Shown: positions 29,574-39,218, counted from the whole stretch's first letter. The stretch: 63,986 nucleotides of DNA, filler included, from an uncultured bacterium (GCA_964371695.1; 14 parts of 14 records of this genome joined end to end with filler, not necessarily neighbours in it); one strand, 5' to 3'. Numbers and translations: made by a program. Notes: generated from the letters alone by a model not told the origin.

Positions 29574-30719
29574 ATGATGATTGTCTCCATGAACAGGAAA
29601 CGTTGGGTGTTGGCCATGGTGCTGGTCTTGTCCACCTTTGGAGGCTTGGCCGTGGCGGGCGAAACACCGACCGGCCCTGATGAAGCCCTTGTGGACACCC
29701 CCCAGGAATCGGCTGCGCCGGACTCTGGCTGGCTGGCCATGGGGCCGGGCGGCGGGGGCGGGGGCGGCTGGCGCAAGCAGGGGATGGGCCAGCAGGGCGG
29801 CCCCGGCGGCGGCCTGATGAAGCTGTTGCAGGAGCTGAACCTCACCCCCCAGCAGCGGCAAAAGATGCGCCCCATCCTGCAAAAGTTCCGCCAGACCATG
29901 CAGGGGCTGAAACAGGGGGGCAAACCCGGCGCGCCGGGCGAGGGCCGCGAAAAAATGCAGCAGGCCCTGGCGCAACTGAAAAAAGACCTGGACCCCATTC
30001 TCACCCCCAGCCAGAAAAAAATTCTCCAGCAACATTTTCAGCAGGCCATGCAGCAGCGCATGGGCCAGAGCGGCGGCGCGGGCGGCCCCATGGACATGAT
30101 GGGTCAACTGGGACTGAGCGAACAACAGCGCCAGAAACTCAAGCCCATCCTTCAGCAGCATCTGGAAAAAATGAAAACCCTGCGTCAGGGCAAAAAAACA
30201 GGGGATTTTGAAAAACCAGCCTTCCGCGAAGAAATGCGCCAAAACATGGAAGCCCTGCGCCAGAAGATAGAACCCATCCTCACGCCCGAACAGAAACAGA
30301 AGCTGCACGACCTGCTGATGCAGCGCATGCAGGGGGGCGGCAAAGGCCCGGCCCAGGTGATGCAGCAGGCGTTCTCCAAGCTGGGGTTAAGCGCCGCGCA
30401 AAAAGAAAAATTGCAGGGGCTGGCCAAAAAACATCACGAAAAAATGAAAGCCCTGCGCCAGGAACTGGAGGCGCTGCCGCCCCCGGAAAAACACCAAAAG
30501 ATGCGCCAGACCATGGCCGCCTTTGAAAAGGAACTCTCGGCCATTCTCACGGCCAAACAACTGGAACAGTTCAAGCAACTCATGCAACAGGGCATGCGGC
30601 GGCTTGGCCCGCCGGGCGGCCCTCCCGGTGGCCCCGGGGGCGGCCCCGGCGGGTTTGGTGGTCCACCGCCCGGTGGCCCCGGCGGATTCGGCGGCCCGCC
30701 GCCTCCGGGTGGGTTTTAG
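29574..30719 (+). CDS. Spy/CpxP-family LTxxQ-repeat periplasmic protein
   Basis: Signal peptide, six LTxxQ-like motifs, Gly/Pro tail; AGGAGG RBS. Confidence 0.82.
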   Translation: MMIVSMNRKRWVLAMVLVLSTFGGLAVAGETPTGPDEALVDTPQESAAPDSGWLAMGPGGGGGGGWRKQGMGQQGGPGGGLMKLLQELNLTPQQRQKMRPILQKFRQTMQGLKQGGKPGAPGEGREKMQQALAQLKKDLDPILTPSQKKILQQHFQQAMQQRMGQSGGAGGPMDMMGQLGLSEQQRQKLKPILQQHLEKMKTLRQGKKTGDFEKPAFREEMRQNMEALRQKIEPILTPEQKQKLHDLLMQRMQGGGKGPAQVMQQAFSKLGLSAAQKEKLQGLAKKHHEKMKALRQELEALPPPEKHQKMRQTMAAFEKELSAILTAKQLEQFKQLMQQGMRRLGPPGGPPGGPGGGPGGFGGPPPGGPGGFGGPPPPGGF

Positions 30720-30798
30720 CGCATTTTCAGAATAGATGTGGACGCACTAAGAGCTTTTTTTCTTGCCCTCTGTCTACGTCAAACATGAATTTGCTCTA
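30717..30798. mobile_element. MITE family G (TA-flanked), short copy
   Basis: TAGCGCATTTTC...GAATTTGCTCTA; both ends match 44547..45006 in reverse orientation. Confidence 0.75.
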
Positions 30799-30851
30799 AA
30801 AGGCGGGCGAGGCCGCCCACCCCACTATCAAAATTTTCTGCCGGCGCCGGA

Positions 30852-30878
30852 CTGGATTCCCGCTTTCGCGGGAATGAC
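30852..30878 (-). repeat. Family C hairpin
   Basis: CTGGATTCCCGCTTTCGCGGGAATGAC. Confidence 0.85.
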
Positions 30879-30982
30879 GGGAAGGGAAGCGAACCGATTC
30901 TTTTTCCAGCCTCCAACCACCAACTTCTCGCTTCAAACCTTCCCCCTTTCCATCCCTTCGGGGGATCACCCTTGTCCCTGTT

Positions 30983-30998
30983 AGTGAAATTTTACACT
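30983..30998. promoter_or_regulatory. Palindromic putative operator upstream of the substrate-binding protein gene
   Basis: AGTGAAATTTTACACT in an AT-rich intergenic region. Confidence 0.3.
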
Positions 30999-31074
30999 TA
31001 TTTTTAAAAACTATCTAAAACAGTGTATAAAGGTGTCCGAAATTAATTTGTGAGTTGAATTTAAGGAGAAAATT

Positions 31075-32052
31075 ATGATTAAGAAGCTGTGTGTTTTTGT
31101 TCTGTTGTTGACACTCGTGTCCGGGTTTTTTAGCCCTGCGGACGCAGCGACCTACAAGCTGGGCAACCAGTACTGGCCCGCCTGGATTCCACTTTCGGTG
31201 GCCACCCAAAAGGGTTACTACAAAAAATATGGCGCAACGATAGAGGAAGTGGCCATTCCTGATTACGACGACATGATGAAATCCATCGCCTCTGGCAAAA
31301 CCCAGTTTGGCGTGGGCATGTTGGGAGACTATGTGCGGCTGGTGGCCAAGGGTGCGCCGGTGACGGTGGTGGCCGAAATCGACTGGAGCCACGGCGGCGA
31401 CAAAATCCTCATCAGCAAAAAACTGGGTAGTCTCAAAGACCTCAAGGGCAAAAAAGTGGGGGTGGACAAAGGCACGGTGAGCCACTTCTTTCTCATCAAG
31501 GCGCTGCAAAAGGTGGGCCTGACCGAAAAGGACGTGATTCAGGTGCAGGCCACCGCCGAAGAATCCGCCGTCATGGCCGCCGCAGGCAAGCTGGACGCCT
31601 CGGTAACCTGGGAGCCGGACGCCAGCATGGCGGTGAAAAAAGGCACGGTGAAGGTGGCCATCACCAGCAAGCAGATTCCCGGCGTGATGCCCGAAGTGCT
31701 GGCGGTACACAACAGCGTGCTCAAGAGCGATCCCAAGGCCGTCGTCGCCGTGCTCAAGGGCTGGATGGAGGGCGTGGTTTATGTGCAGAAAAAACCCGCC
31801 GACCTGCGGGCCATCGCCAACAAAGGCGGCTACCGGGGAGAAAACAACCTGAAGAGCGACGCCGAAATGTATGGCGGCTTGGCCCAGATGGCGCTGCACA
31901 GCCCCAAGGTGATGGCGGCGCGTTTGAACGGTCCGGTGCAGAATTACATCAAGGAGTTTGGCCAATATCTGCTGGCCCAGAAACTCATCACCAAGGTTCC
32001 CCCCGCCAGCGCGGTGGTAAACGCCAGCTTTTTGCAGCAGGCGCTGAAGTGA
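31075..32052 (+). CDS. ABC substrate-binding protein, SsuA/NMT1-like
   Basis: Signal peptide, WPAWIP, DWSHGGD, DLKGKKVG, TWEP; AAGGAG RBS. Confidence 0.88.
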   Translation: MIKKLCVFVLLLTLVSGFFSPADAATYKLGNQYWPAWIPLSVATQKGYYKKYGATIEEVAIPDYDDMMKSIASGKTQFGVGMLGDYVRLVAKGAPVTVVAEIDWSHGGDKILISKKLGSLKDLKGKKVGVDKGTVSHFFLIKALQKVGLTEKDVIQVQATAEESAVMAAAGKLDASVTWEPDASMAVKKGTVKVAITSKQIPGVMPEVLAVHNSVLKSDPKAVVAVLKGWMEGVVYVQKKPADLRAIANKGGYRGENNLKSDAEMYGGLAQMALHSPKVMAARLNGPVQNYIKEFGQYLLAQKLITKVPPASAVVNASFLQQALK

Positions 32053-32118
32053 GCAGGCGCGATGCCTCCTGCTGTCAGATTTGTGAAAAAAATTGAGGAA
32101 TTACAGGGATTTTTTAAC

Positions 32119-32257
32119 GTAGCCCCGGCGTCTCGCCGGGAGTATCAACCGCGCCAAAGGCGCGCACCTTGTTCTCTCCCCTCTTTTTTGCCGGAAAAAT
32201 ATCTGTTTTGTGCCGCCTGCGGCGGGCTTTTTTCTCCCGGCGAGACGCCGGGGCTAC
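32119..32257. repeat. Inverted pair of GTAG-REP hairpins (REPIN-like)
   Basis: GTAGCCCCGGCGTCTCGCCGGGA ... TCCCGGCGAGACGCCGGGGCTAC. Confidence 0.8.
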
Positions 32258-32346
32258 CAGTAACCTGACAGCGTTCGACGCGAAGAAAACGCGCCGCTAC
32301 TCCAAAATCAATAAACTTGTGGGCGCAGACCCAACCCAGACACACC

Positions 32347-32800
32347 GTGAAAAAACGCGTCATCCTGAACATGCTGCTCTCGGCCCTGATGCCCATGGCG
32401 GTGCTGTTTTGCGGCTCGCTGTGGCTGGAGCTGAGCCACGGCGTGCGGGAATCGGCCCAGACCATGGCGTCTTCCATAGACCAGCATCTGGCGAGTGAAC
32501 TGGAGTTTTTTCACCTCGTGGCCAGTAACGAGGCGTTGGCCGACAGCATTGAACTGGCATTTTATGAAGACGCCGACAAAGCTTTCCGCACGGCCCTGAA
32601 AGTCAACGAACACCTTGTCGGGTTAATGCTGCTGGACAAAACCGGCACCGTGCTGCACAGTTCGCAGGGCGAGGGCGGCCCGGTCAACCTGCGGATGGAG
32701 ACCGCCGCCCGCCAAGCGCTTTTGGGCAAAGGCAAACAACACACCTGGGTGGGACGTTTCGACTCCAAAAACGGCTGGGTGCCGTTTTTTGCGCCGGTGC
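32347..32800 (+). CDS. Membrane sensor with Cache-like extracytoplasmic domain (3' truncated)
   Basis: N-terminal TM, LMLLDKTGTVL, FFAPV. Confidence 0.6.
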
Positions 32801-32900
32801 NNNNNNNNNNNNNNNNNNNNNNNNNNNNNNNNNNNNNNNNNNNNTTAATTAATTAANNNNNNNNNNNNNNNNNNNNNNNNNNNNNNNNNNNNNNNNNNNN

Positions 32901-33056
32901 GTCATAGTGCGAGCAGGCGGTGTACATGAACTCCATCCCGCAGCACGCCCTGACGAAGGGCTGCGAGAAAAAGCTGAATTTCCGGCCCCAGTTCAGCACG
33001 TCGTCCAGCTTGCTGGTGAGCCACTCACCGCCAAAGGGAGAACGGTTCATTTCCAT
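32901..33056 (-). CDS. nuoB: NADH-quinone oxidoreductase subunit B (fragment)
   Basis: LNWGRKFS...ACCGMEFM...YD. Confidence 0.88.
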
Positions 33057-33427
33057 TCCAGGCCTCCTTTTTTGAGGATGTACAGGAACCCCACCACCAG
33101 GGTGACGGAGAACATCAGCATTGCAATGAGCGGCAGCCAGGTGCCCAGCCGCACAAACTGCGGCACCAGCAGCGCCATGAAAATGGTCTCCATGTCAAAA
33201 ATCAGGAACAGGATGCCGACAACGTAGAACTTCACGCTGAAGTTGATGCGGGCGTCTTCATCCACAATGTTGCCGCAGTCAAAAGACTCGAACTTCAGCG
33301 GGCTGACGGGGGTTTTGGGCCCCAGCAGGCCGTTGGGCCCCAGCAGGCTGTTGACGGAAATGAACACGCCGCCCAGTGTGGCCGCAGCGCCCATGAGCAG
33401 GAGAAATCCGATGATGTTGGCTTCCAT
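33047..33427 (-). CDS. nuoA: NADH-quinone oxidoreductase subunit A
   Basis: FDCG, FSVKFY..ILFLIFDME, KKGGLEW. Confidence 0.93.
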   Translation of the reverse strand: MEANIIGFLLLMGAAATLGGVFISVNSLLGPNGLLGPKTPVSPLKFESFDCGNIVDEDARINFSVKFYVVGILFLIFDMETIFMALLVPQFVRLGTWLPLIAMLMFSVTLVVGFLYILKKGGLEWK

Positions 33428-33646
33428 TCTGGTTGGGTTTCCTTGGTGGGGTTTGGGGTTTGGGGTGGTCTTGTGAAAGTTTGAACGCCCTTGGGCGGCA
33501 CCCTAACACAGGCCGCGCGTATTATTGAAGGAAACGCGGGTCTTAATCAAATGGTGGAGTGGGGGTTCTGGGATGGCTGCGGCACGCCGTGATTTTTTGT
33601 CACAGTTGCTTGCCCGGCGCAGGGTGCATCCCTAGACTGACCGGGC

Positions 33647-35014
33647 ATGAAGCAGATGCCGCGACCCACCCTGCTGGTTGTGGACGATGAGGAAAATATC
33701 GTCCGCAGTCTGCTGAACAGCTTTACCCGCGAGGGATATCGGGTGGTGGGGGCTGGCCTGGGAGCCGAGGCGCTGAAGCTGGCCACCGATCCCCAGGTGG
33801 GACTGGTGTTGCTGGACGTGTGGCTGCCCGGCATGGATGGTCTGGAGGTGCTGCGCCTGCTCAAAGAGGCTCGCCCCGGCCTGCCGGTCATCATCATGAC
33901 GGGCCACGGCACCATTGAGATGGCCGTGAAGGCCACCAAGCTGGGGGCCTTTGATTTTGTGGAAAAACCGCTCTCGCTGGACAAGCTGATTCTGCTGGTG
34001 GAACGGGCGCTGAAGGTGTTGTCTCTGGAAGACGAAAACCAGGCCCTCAAGCGCCGGGCGATGAAAGAAGAGGACCTGCTGGGCCACGGCGAGACCACCG
34101 AAGACCTGCGGCAGAAAATCGCCCTGGTGGCCCCCAGTGTGGGGCGGGTGTTGATTCAGGGCGAAATCGGCGCGGGCAAGGAACTGGTGGCGCGGCTGAT
34201 TCATCGCCAAAGCCAGCGGTCCCAGGGACCGTTTGTAGGTGTGAACTGCGCCAATGTGCCGCCGGAGCGGTTTGAAAAAGAACTTTTTGGCCTGGAGGGC
34301 CATGGCGAGGCCGGGGGGGCGGCCTTTCAGCGGGGGCTGTTTGAGCAGGCCCACGGGGGCACGCTGTTTCTGGATAACGTGGCGGACATGTCCCTGGCGG
34401 CCCAGGCCCGGCTGCTCAAAGTGTTGCAGGAGGGGGCCTATCAGCGGGTGGGCGGCAGCGACACCATCGAGGCCGACGTGCGGGTGCTGAGCGCCACGCA
34501 CCGCGACCTGGAAGCCCTCATCCGTGCCGGGGGGTTCCGCGAAGACCTTTATTTCCGTCTGAACGTGTTGCCCGTGATGGTGCCGCCCCTGCGGGAACGC
34601 AAAGAGGATATCCCCGAACTGGCCCGGTATTTTCTCGACAAAATCTGCCGCGAAAACGGCAAGCTGCCCCGAGTGCTCAGCGACGAAGCCCTGCGGGTGC
34701 TGAACGCCTATCGCTGGCCCGGCAATGTGCGGGAACTGCGTAACATCCTGGAGCGGCTGGCGATTCTCAGCCCCAACCCCGACGTGGGCGCACAAGAGGT
34801 GCTGGAGGCCATCGGCGAACAGGCCGAGCCGCTGGGCGAAGCCGCCCCGCCCGGCAGTTTCAAAGAGGCCCTGCGGGACTTTGAACACAAGTTCCTGGCC
34901 GACGCACTGGCCCGCCACAACAGCAACATCACCCACGCCGCCCAGATGCTGCACATGGAGCGCGCCCAGCTCTCACGCAAGCTCAAGGCCCTGGGTTTGT
35001 CGCCGGGTGAGTGA
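33647..35014 (+). CDS. ntrX: NtrC-family response regulator, NtrX-like
   Basis: REC domain (VVDDE, LDVWLPG, KP), AAA+ domain (GEIGAGKE, FREDLYFRL, WPGNVREL), Fis-type HTH. Confidence 0.8.
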   Translation: MKQMPRPTLLVVDDEENIVRSLLNSFTREGYRVVGAGLGAEALKLATDPQVGLVLLDVWLPGMDGLEVLRLLKEARPGLPVIIMTGHGTIEMAVKATKLGAFDFVEKPLSLDKLILLVERALKVLSLEDENQALKRRAMKEEDLLGHGETTEDLRQKIALVAPSVGRVLIQGEIGAGKELVARLIHRQSQRSQGPFVGVNCANVPPERFEKELFGLEGHGEAGGAAFQRGLFEQAHGGTLFLDNVADMSLAAQARLLKVLQEGAYQRVGGSDTIEADVRVLSATHRDLEALIRAGGFREDLYFRLNVLPVMVPPLRERKEDIPELARYFLDKICRENGKLPRVLSDEALRVLNAYRWPGNVRELRNILERLAILSPNPDVGAQEVLEAIGEQAEPLGEAAPPGSFKEALRDFEHKFLADALARHNSNITHAAQMLHMERAQLSRKLKALGLSPGE

Positions 35015-35060
35015 GGCGATTTCTTGCCGCAATGCGCTGCCGCAGATACACTGAATCATT

Positions 35061-35417
35061 ATGGACAGAGCCAAAGCAGCTTTGCAGGAGGCTACGCTCC
35101 CGCGTCACCTGTTCAACGATTCGGTAGATGTTCTGGTGAAGGGTCACCGGAAAGCAGACCGGCATGTGCAAAAAATCCTGCTTTCACCCGATGAGAACGA
35201 GATTCGGCTGGTGGAAGTGACCCCGAAAGTCGGTTATACCGGAGCCGCAACCGCTTTCGGATTTTCTGCGAAGCCGGACGTTGGGGTTTTTTTTCCATCG
35301 AACATCATGTTGCTGAATCCCCAGGAGTGGGCGGAGTTTCTTGAGGGGAAATTGTCTTTTCCGCCGGGTTGGGCAAAATCCCCCCGCGAATTAAAAGAAC
35401 TCTATTCTTCCGGCTGA
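35061..35417 (+). CDS. Hypothetical protein, possible antitoxin partner
   Basis: 118 aa, lower GC, TGATG-coupled to the next gene. Confidence 0.7.
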   Translation: MDRAKAALQEATLPRHLFNDSVDVLVKGHRKADRHVQKILLSPDENEIRLVEVTPKVGYTGAATAFGFSAKPDVGVFFPSNIMLLNPQEWAEFLEGKLSFPPGWAKSPRELKELYSSG

Positions 35418-35920
35418 TGTCGTCTCCCTCTTCTGCGAAATGGGGCCAGGCTTTTTTGCGACAGGCGGAAGCAGATTTGCGGGCTGCCGAAGCACTGGTG
35501 AAGGACGGATCTGCGGCATCCACCGCCTGCATGGTTATTCAAATGGTTTTTGAAAAATTGGCCAAGGCATATCGTTTGAAAAATGGTGAAAGTTATTCAA
35601 GTGTTCGTCAGGGCAGCCACCGGACCATGGAAAAACTTATCCAGACCCTCCAGCGGCAAAGAGAGATTTTTCGCAATGACTTGGGTGGTCCCACGGACCA
35701 GCGCTGGAAGCAGTTACTGGGAATGCTCAAGGCTCTTGAGGATGCCCAGCCGTCAATCGCCCAGGATGCCCGGCCCCAGTTGGAATACCCATGGTCTCAG
35801 GGTGGGCAGGTGCGTTGGCCTGAAGATCACCTGGCTCTTGGGAAAAAACTGATGGATCCAAGAAACAGGCTGGCGGCGGATTTGCTTCGCCTTGGCCACA
35901 CGCTTGTCAGGAATTACTGA
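35417..35920 (+). CDS. HEPN-like domain protein
   Basis: FLRQAEADLRAA...ACMVIQMVFEKLAKAY...H...EYP resembles the HEPN helix pattern. Confidence 0.6.
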   Translation: MSSPSSAKWGQAFLRQAEADLRAAEALVKDGSAASTACMVIQMVFEKLAKAYRLKNGESYSSVRQGSHRTMEKLIQTLQRQREIFRNDLGGPTDQRWKQLLGMLKALEDAQPSIAQDARPQLEYPWSQGGQVRWPEDHLALGKKLMDPRNRLAADLLRLGHTLVRNY

Positions 35921-35972
35921 TGTTGTCCGAACGTCATAAGCAAGGAGGATCGGAACTTCAGGTTCTGGAACA

Positions 35973-36854
35973 TTAATCGTCAGAGGGTCTTTCCTCCGCC
36001 GGGGCAGGGGAGGGGGATTTTTCTCGGAGTATCTCCCCTTTTTTCTGAGGCTCGCCGGTGAGCAGCGGGGCCACCTGACGCACAAAGGGAATAAAACATT
36101 TCACCCAGCCATAAGAGGCCATGAGGCCGTGAATTCTGAGTCTGCCGGTGATGAGAAACAGCACCAGCTTCAGGGGGTGATCCAGGGCCAGTTTCAGGTC
36201 CAGTGTCTGGCGGAACACCCAGGCCGCGCCCTGGCGTGAGGGCAGCACGCCCTCTTGCGTGAGCGCCAGGGGGCCGGCATCGCCGGGGGTGAGGCTCACG
36301 GTGCGGTTTTCGCCCGAAAACGCCAGTTGCCACGGCACCGGCGGGTGGGGCAGGCCCATGAGGCCGATGTATTTGCCGAACACCTGAAACAGCGCCGAGA
36401 ACATGGCCAGGGCCGCGAGGCGTTGTTCGTCTTCTTCGCCCTCGCGCACCGGCTCACGCAAAAGCCGCAGCACATTGCCCACCGATGAAAGCGTGCGGGC
36501 AAACTGATAAGCCAGGCCCAGGGGGCCTTCCACACGAATGGACCCCAGCAGAATGGCCCGGATGGGGCTGGTGGTTTCTTCCACCACTTTCACAAAAAGG
36601 CGGAATGATTCAAAGGTGAGGGTGAGATGCACCGGCTCGTCCATGGCCAGGGGTGAAACGCCCTCTGCGCCAAAGGTCCAGGCCCGGCTGGTTTCGCGGT
36701 GGCGCACCACCAGCCGCACGCGGCAATTCAGCGCCGCCGCCTGACGGGCAAAGCCTGGTTGAATGCCGGGCAGTTCCACCACCGCCTGATGAATCAGGGC
36801 CAAATAAAAAATCGCTTTCAGCTCCCATTTTTCGGGGGGTTCCAGTTTTCGCAC
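35973..36854 (-). CDS. Hypothetical protein with two SCP2-like domains
   Basis: PIRAILLGSIRVEG and PLKLVLFLITGRLRIHG motifs. Confidence 0.55.
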   Translation of the reverse strand: MRKLEPPEKWELKAIFYLALIHQAVVELPGIQPGFARQAAALNCRVRLVVRHRETSRAWTFGAEGVSPLAMDEPVHLTLTFESFRLFVKVVEETTSPIRAILLGSIRVEGPLGLAYQFARTLSSVGNVLRLLREPVREGEEDEQRLAALAMFSALFQVFGKYIGLMGLPHPPVPWQLAFSGENRTVSLTPGDAGPLALTQEGVLPSRQGAAWVFRQTLDLKLALDHPLKLVLFLITGRLRIHGLMASYGWVKCFIPFVRQVAPLLTGEPQKKGEILREKSPSPAPAEERPSDD

Positions 36855-36904
36855 CGTCGCATTGTAAAAACCCTGTCCGCCGAGTTTGAAAATATACTCG
36901 CCCC

Positions 36905-37463
36905 GTGTCTGCACGCATGGTCGGGGCGCTTCACCGCTGGTATCACCAGCACGCCCGCCCACTGCCCTGGCGCGAGACAAACGACCCCTACGCCCTGTGG
37001 CTGAGTGAAATCATGCTGCAGCAGACCCAGGTGGGCACGGTGATTGCTTATTACGAACGGTTTCTCATGCGCTTTCCGGCGGTGCAGGCGCTGGCAGATG
37101 CGCCGCTGGAAGACGTGCTGAACAGCTGGGAGGGCCTGGGTTATTACAGCCGCGCCCGCAACCTGCACGCCGCCGCCGGTTTGATGGCCCAGGGGGGATT
37201 CCCCAAAACGGCGGAGGCCTGGGCAGCGTTGCCGGGTGTGGGCAGGAGCACCGCAGGCGCCCTGGCCAGTTTCACGGTGGGTGAGGCCGCGCCGGTGCTG
37301 GATGGCAACGTGCAGCGGGTGTTGTGTCGGCTGTTTTCGCTGGATATTCCGCTGCCTGCCAGCGGCAGGGAATTGAAGGAACTCTGGTCACTGGCGGGGG
37401 AACTCATCCGGCACGGTGACCCGGCCACACACAATCAGGCCATGATGGAGCTGGGGGCCACGG
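36905..37463 (+). CDS. mutY: A/G-specific adenine glycosylase (3' truncated)
   Basis: LPWR, SEIMLQQTQV, WEGLGYYSRARNL, LPGVG, DGNV, NQAMMELGAT. Confidence 0.95.
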
Positions 37464-37738
37464 NNNNNNNNNNNNNNNNNNNNNNNNNNNNNNNNNNNNN
37501 NNNNNNNTTAATTAATTAANNNNNNNNNNNNNNNNNNNNNNNNNNNNNNNNNNNNNNNNNNNNGGGCTCCCCCCACCTCCAAAAAAAAATTAAAAATTTC
37601 GGGTTTTTTTTTTTTTGGGGGGCGGGGGGCCCCGCCGCTACTCCGGTAAGAGATTGTTGGCGAACGAATCGTCATTCATTTATAAACATTCTCTGAGTTG
37701 GCGCAGGGACGTGTGGCGGGAAAGTTTATAAAAAAGAC

Positions 37739-37776
37739 TTGACAGTCTTGAAAAATTAATGAGAATCAATATCATT
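37739..37776 (+). promoter_or_regulatory. Sigma70 -35 (TTGACA) with a Fur box covering the -10 region
   Basis: ATTAATGAGAATCAATATC (37755-37773) matches 15/19 of GATAATGATAATCATTATC; lies upstream of the FTR1 operon. Confidence 0.75.
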
Positions 37777-37831
37777 AAGTTGGGCCGGGCGTCAGATTTC
37801 TTCCGCCCAACGGCAGAAAAAGGAGAAACAC

Positions 37832-38236
37832 ATGAAAAAAAGCATCCTCAAAACAGTTGGCGGATTGGCCCTGACAGCGGCTCTGGCCTTGGGTCTGGGT
37901 CTGGCGGGCTGCGCCAAAAAAGGCGGCGGCGAGGCGGGCGGCCTCATCAACATCAACACCGCGCCCTATGAAGAACTGGAAAAACTGGAACTCCCCGGCA
38001 CCAAACCGGGTCTGGACCATCGCATTGAAGAGCACCGCCCCTATAAAACCACCGAGGAACTGGTGAGCAAGGGGGCCGCCAGCCAGGAAGAATTTGACCT
38101 GATCAAGGACCTCATCACGGCAGGCGACGGCAAAACATACGTGCCTGTCGAGAAAAAAGAAGGTGAATCAGAAGAGGAAGAAGCCGAAGAAGAACAGGAA
38201 AACAGCGGCGCGGAAGAAGGAAAGGACGGGAATTGA
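37832..38236 (+). CDS. Lipoprotein with helix-hairpin-helix (ComEA/PsbU-like) domain and acidic tail
   Basis: LAGC lipobox, ININTA..EL, RPYKT.EELV; AGGAG RBS. Confidence 0.85.
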   Translation: MKKSILKTVGGLALTAALALGLGLAGCAKKGGGEAGGLININTAPYEELEKLELPGTKPGLDHRIEEHRPYKTTEELVSKGAASQEEFDLIKDLITAGDGKTYVPVEKKEGESEEEEAEEEQENSGAEEGKDGN

Positions 38237-38237
38237 C

Positions 38238-39218
38238 ATGAACCTGGGTCTGGCGGCGGCGCCGTTTTTCATCACCCTGCGCGAGGCGCTGGAGGCGAGT
38301 CTGGTGGTGGGCATTGTGCTGGCCACGCTGCGTCAGGCGGGGCAGGGGCAACTCAGCCGATGGGTGTGGCTGGGGGTGGCTTTTGGCGTGGGTGTGAGTG
38401 TGTTGATGGGCGTGGTGAGTCAGGCGCTTTTGGGGGGCTTCACCGGCAAGGTTTATCATTTTTCCAAGGGCCTGTTTTCGGTGGTGGCCGTGGTGATGCT
38501 CACCTGGATGCTGGTGTGGATGACCCAGCAGGCCCGTTTCATTGGCCAGCGTGTGCGTGAGAGCGTGGCCCAGGCCACACAAAAAGGCCACACGGGCCTT
38601 GCGGTGGGCACACTGGTGAGCGTGGCCATTTTGCGCGAAGGGGCCGAGATTGTGCTGTTTCTGGCGGGGGCGCTGAACCCCGCCGGGGCCGAGGGCTTTG
38701 CCCGCTGGTTGCCCTTTTTGGGTTGTGTGGGGGGCACGGCGCTGGCGGTGCTGATTGGTGTGGGCCTGTTCGCTTTTGGTGTGAAGATGAACTTGCAGGT
38801 GTTTTTCAAGGTGCTGGGGGTGATGTTGCTGCTCATCATCGCGGGCCTGCTGGTGAACGCCCTCTCGGCGTTTGACACCGCCAACGTCACCTCGCTGGTG
38901 CTGGACCCGGCCACCGGGCGCTACAAAATGCTCAACCCGCCCATCAGGGCCGTGCCATGGTTTGGCCTGGGGCCGCTGTGGTTTGACCTCAGCCCCTGGT
39001 TGCCCGCGAATGCTTTTCCGGGCAACGTGCTGAACGTGCTGTTTGGCTACACCGACCGCTGGCACGCGGTGCAGGCGGTGGTGTGGTCGGCCTTTTTGCT
39101 GGTGGCGGGTGGTTTTTACTGGCGGTCGCTGGCCAAAGCCAGCCATCCGGCCAAAAAACCGGCAGAAGAAAAATCAGTGCCCCCGCAGGCCGTTCAGGCC
39201 CAGGTGGCGGGGAATTAG
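38238..39218 (+). CDS. FTR1/EfeU iron permease
   Basis: Two RExxE motifs (REALE, REGAE), multiple TM segments. Confidence 0.92.
   Translation: MNLGLAAAPFFITLREALEASLVVGIVLATLRQAGQGQLSRWVWLGVAFGVGVSVLMGVVSQALLGGFTGKVYHFSKGLFSVVAVVMLTWMLVWMTQQARFIGQRVRESVAQATQKGHTGLAVGTLVSVAILREGAEIVLFLAGALNPAGAEGFARWLPFLGCVGGTALAVLIGVGLFAFGVKMNLQVFFKVLGVMLLLIIAGLLVNALSAFDTANVTSLVLDPATGRYKMLNPPIRAVPWFGLGPLWFDLSPWLPANAFPGNVLNVLFGYTDRWHAVQAVVWSAFLLVAGGFYWRSLAKASHPAKKPAEEKSVPPQAVQAQVAGN

Noticed and set aside
30880-31074. Riboswitch upstream of the SsuA/NMT1-like gene
   Set aside because: No TPP or guanidine riboswitch consensus recognisable; the region is AT-rich promoter-like DNA plus repeats.
37564-37640. Homopolymer-rich stretch (C, A, T and G runs)
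   Set aside because: At a contig start; looks like low-quality read-end sequence.
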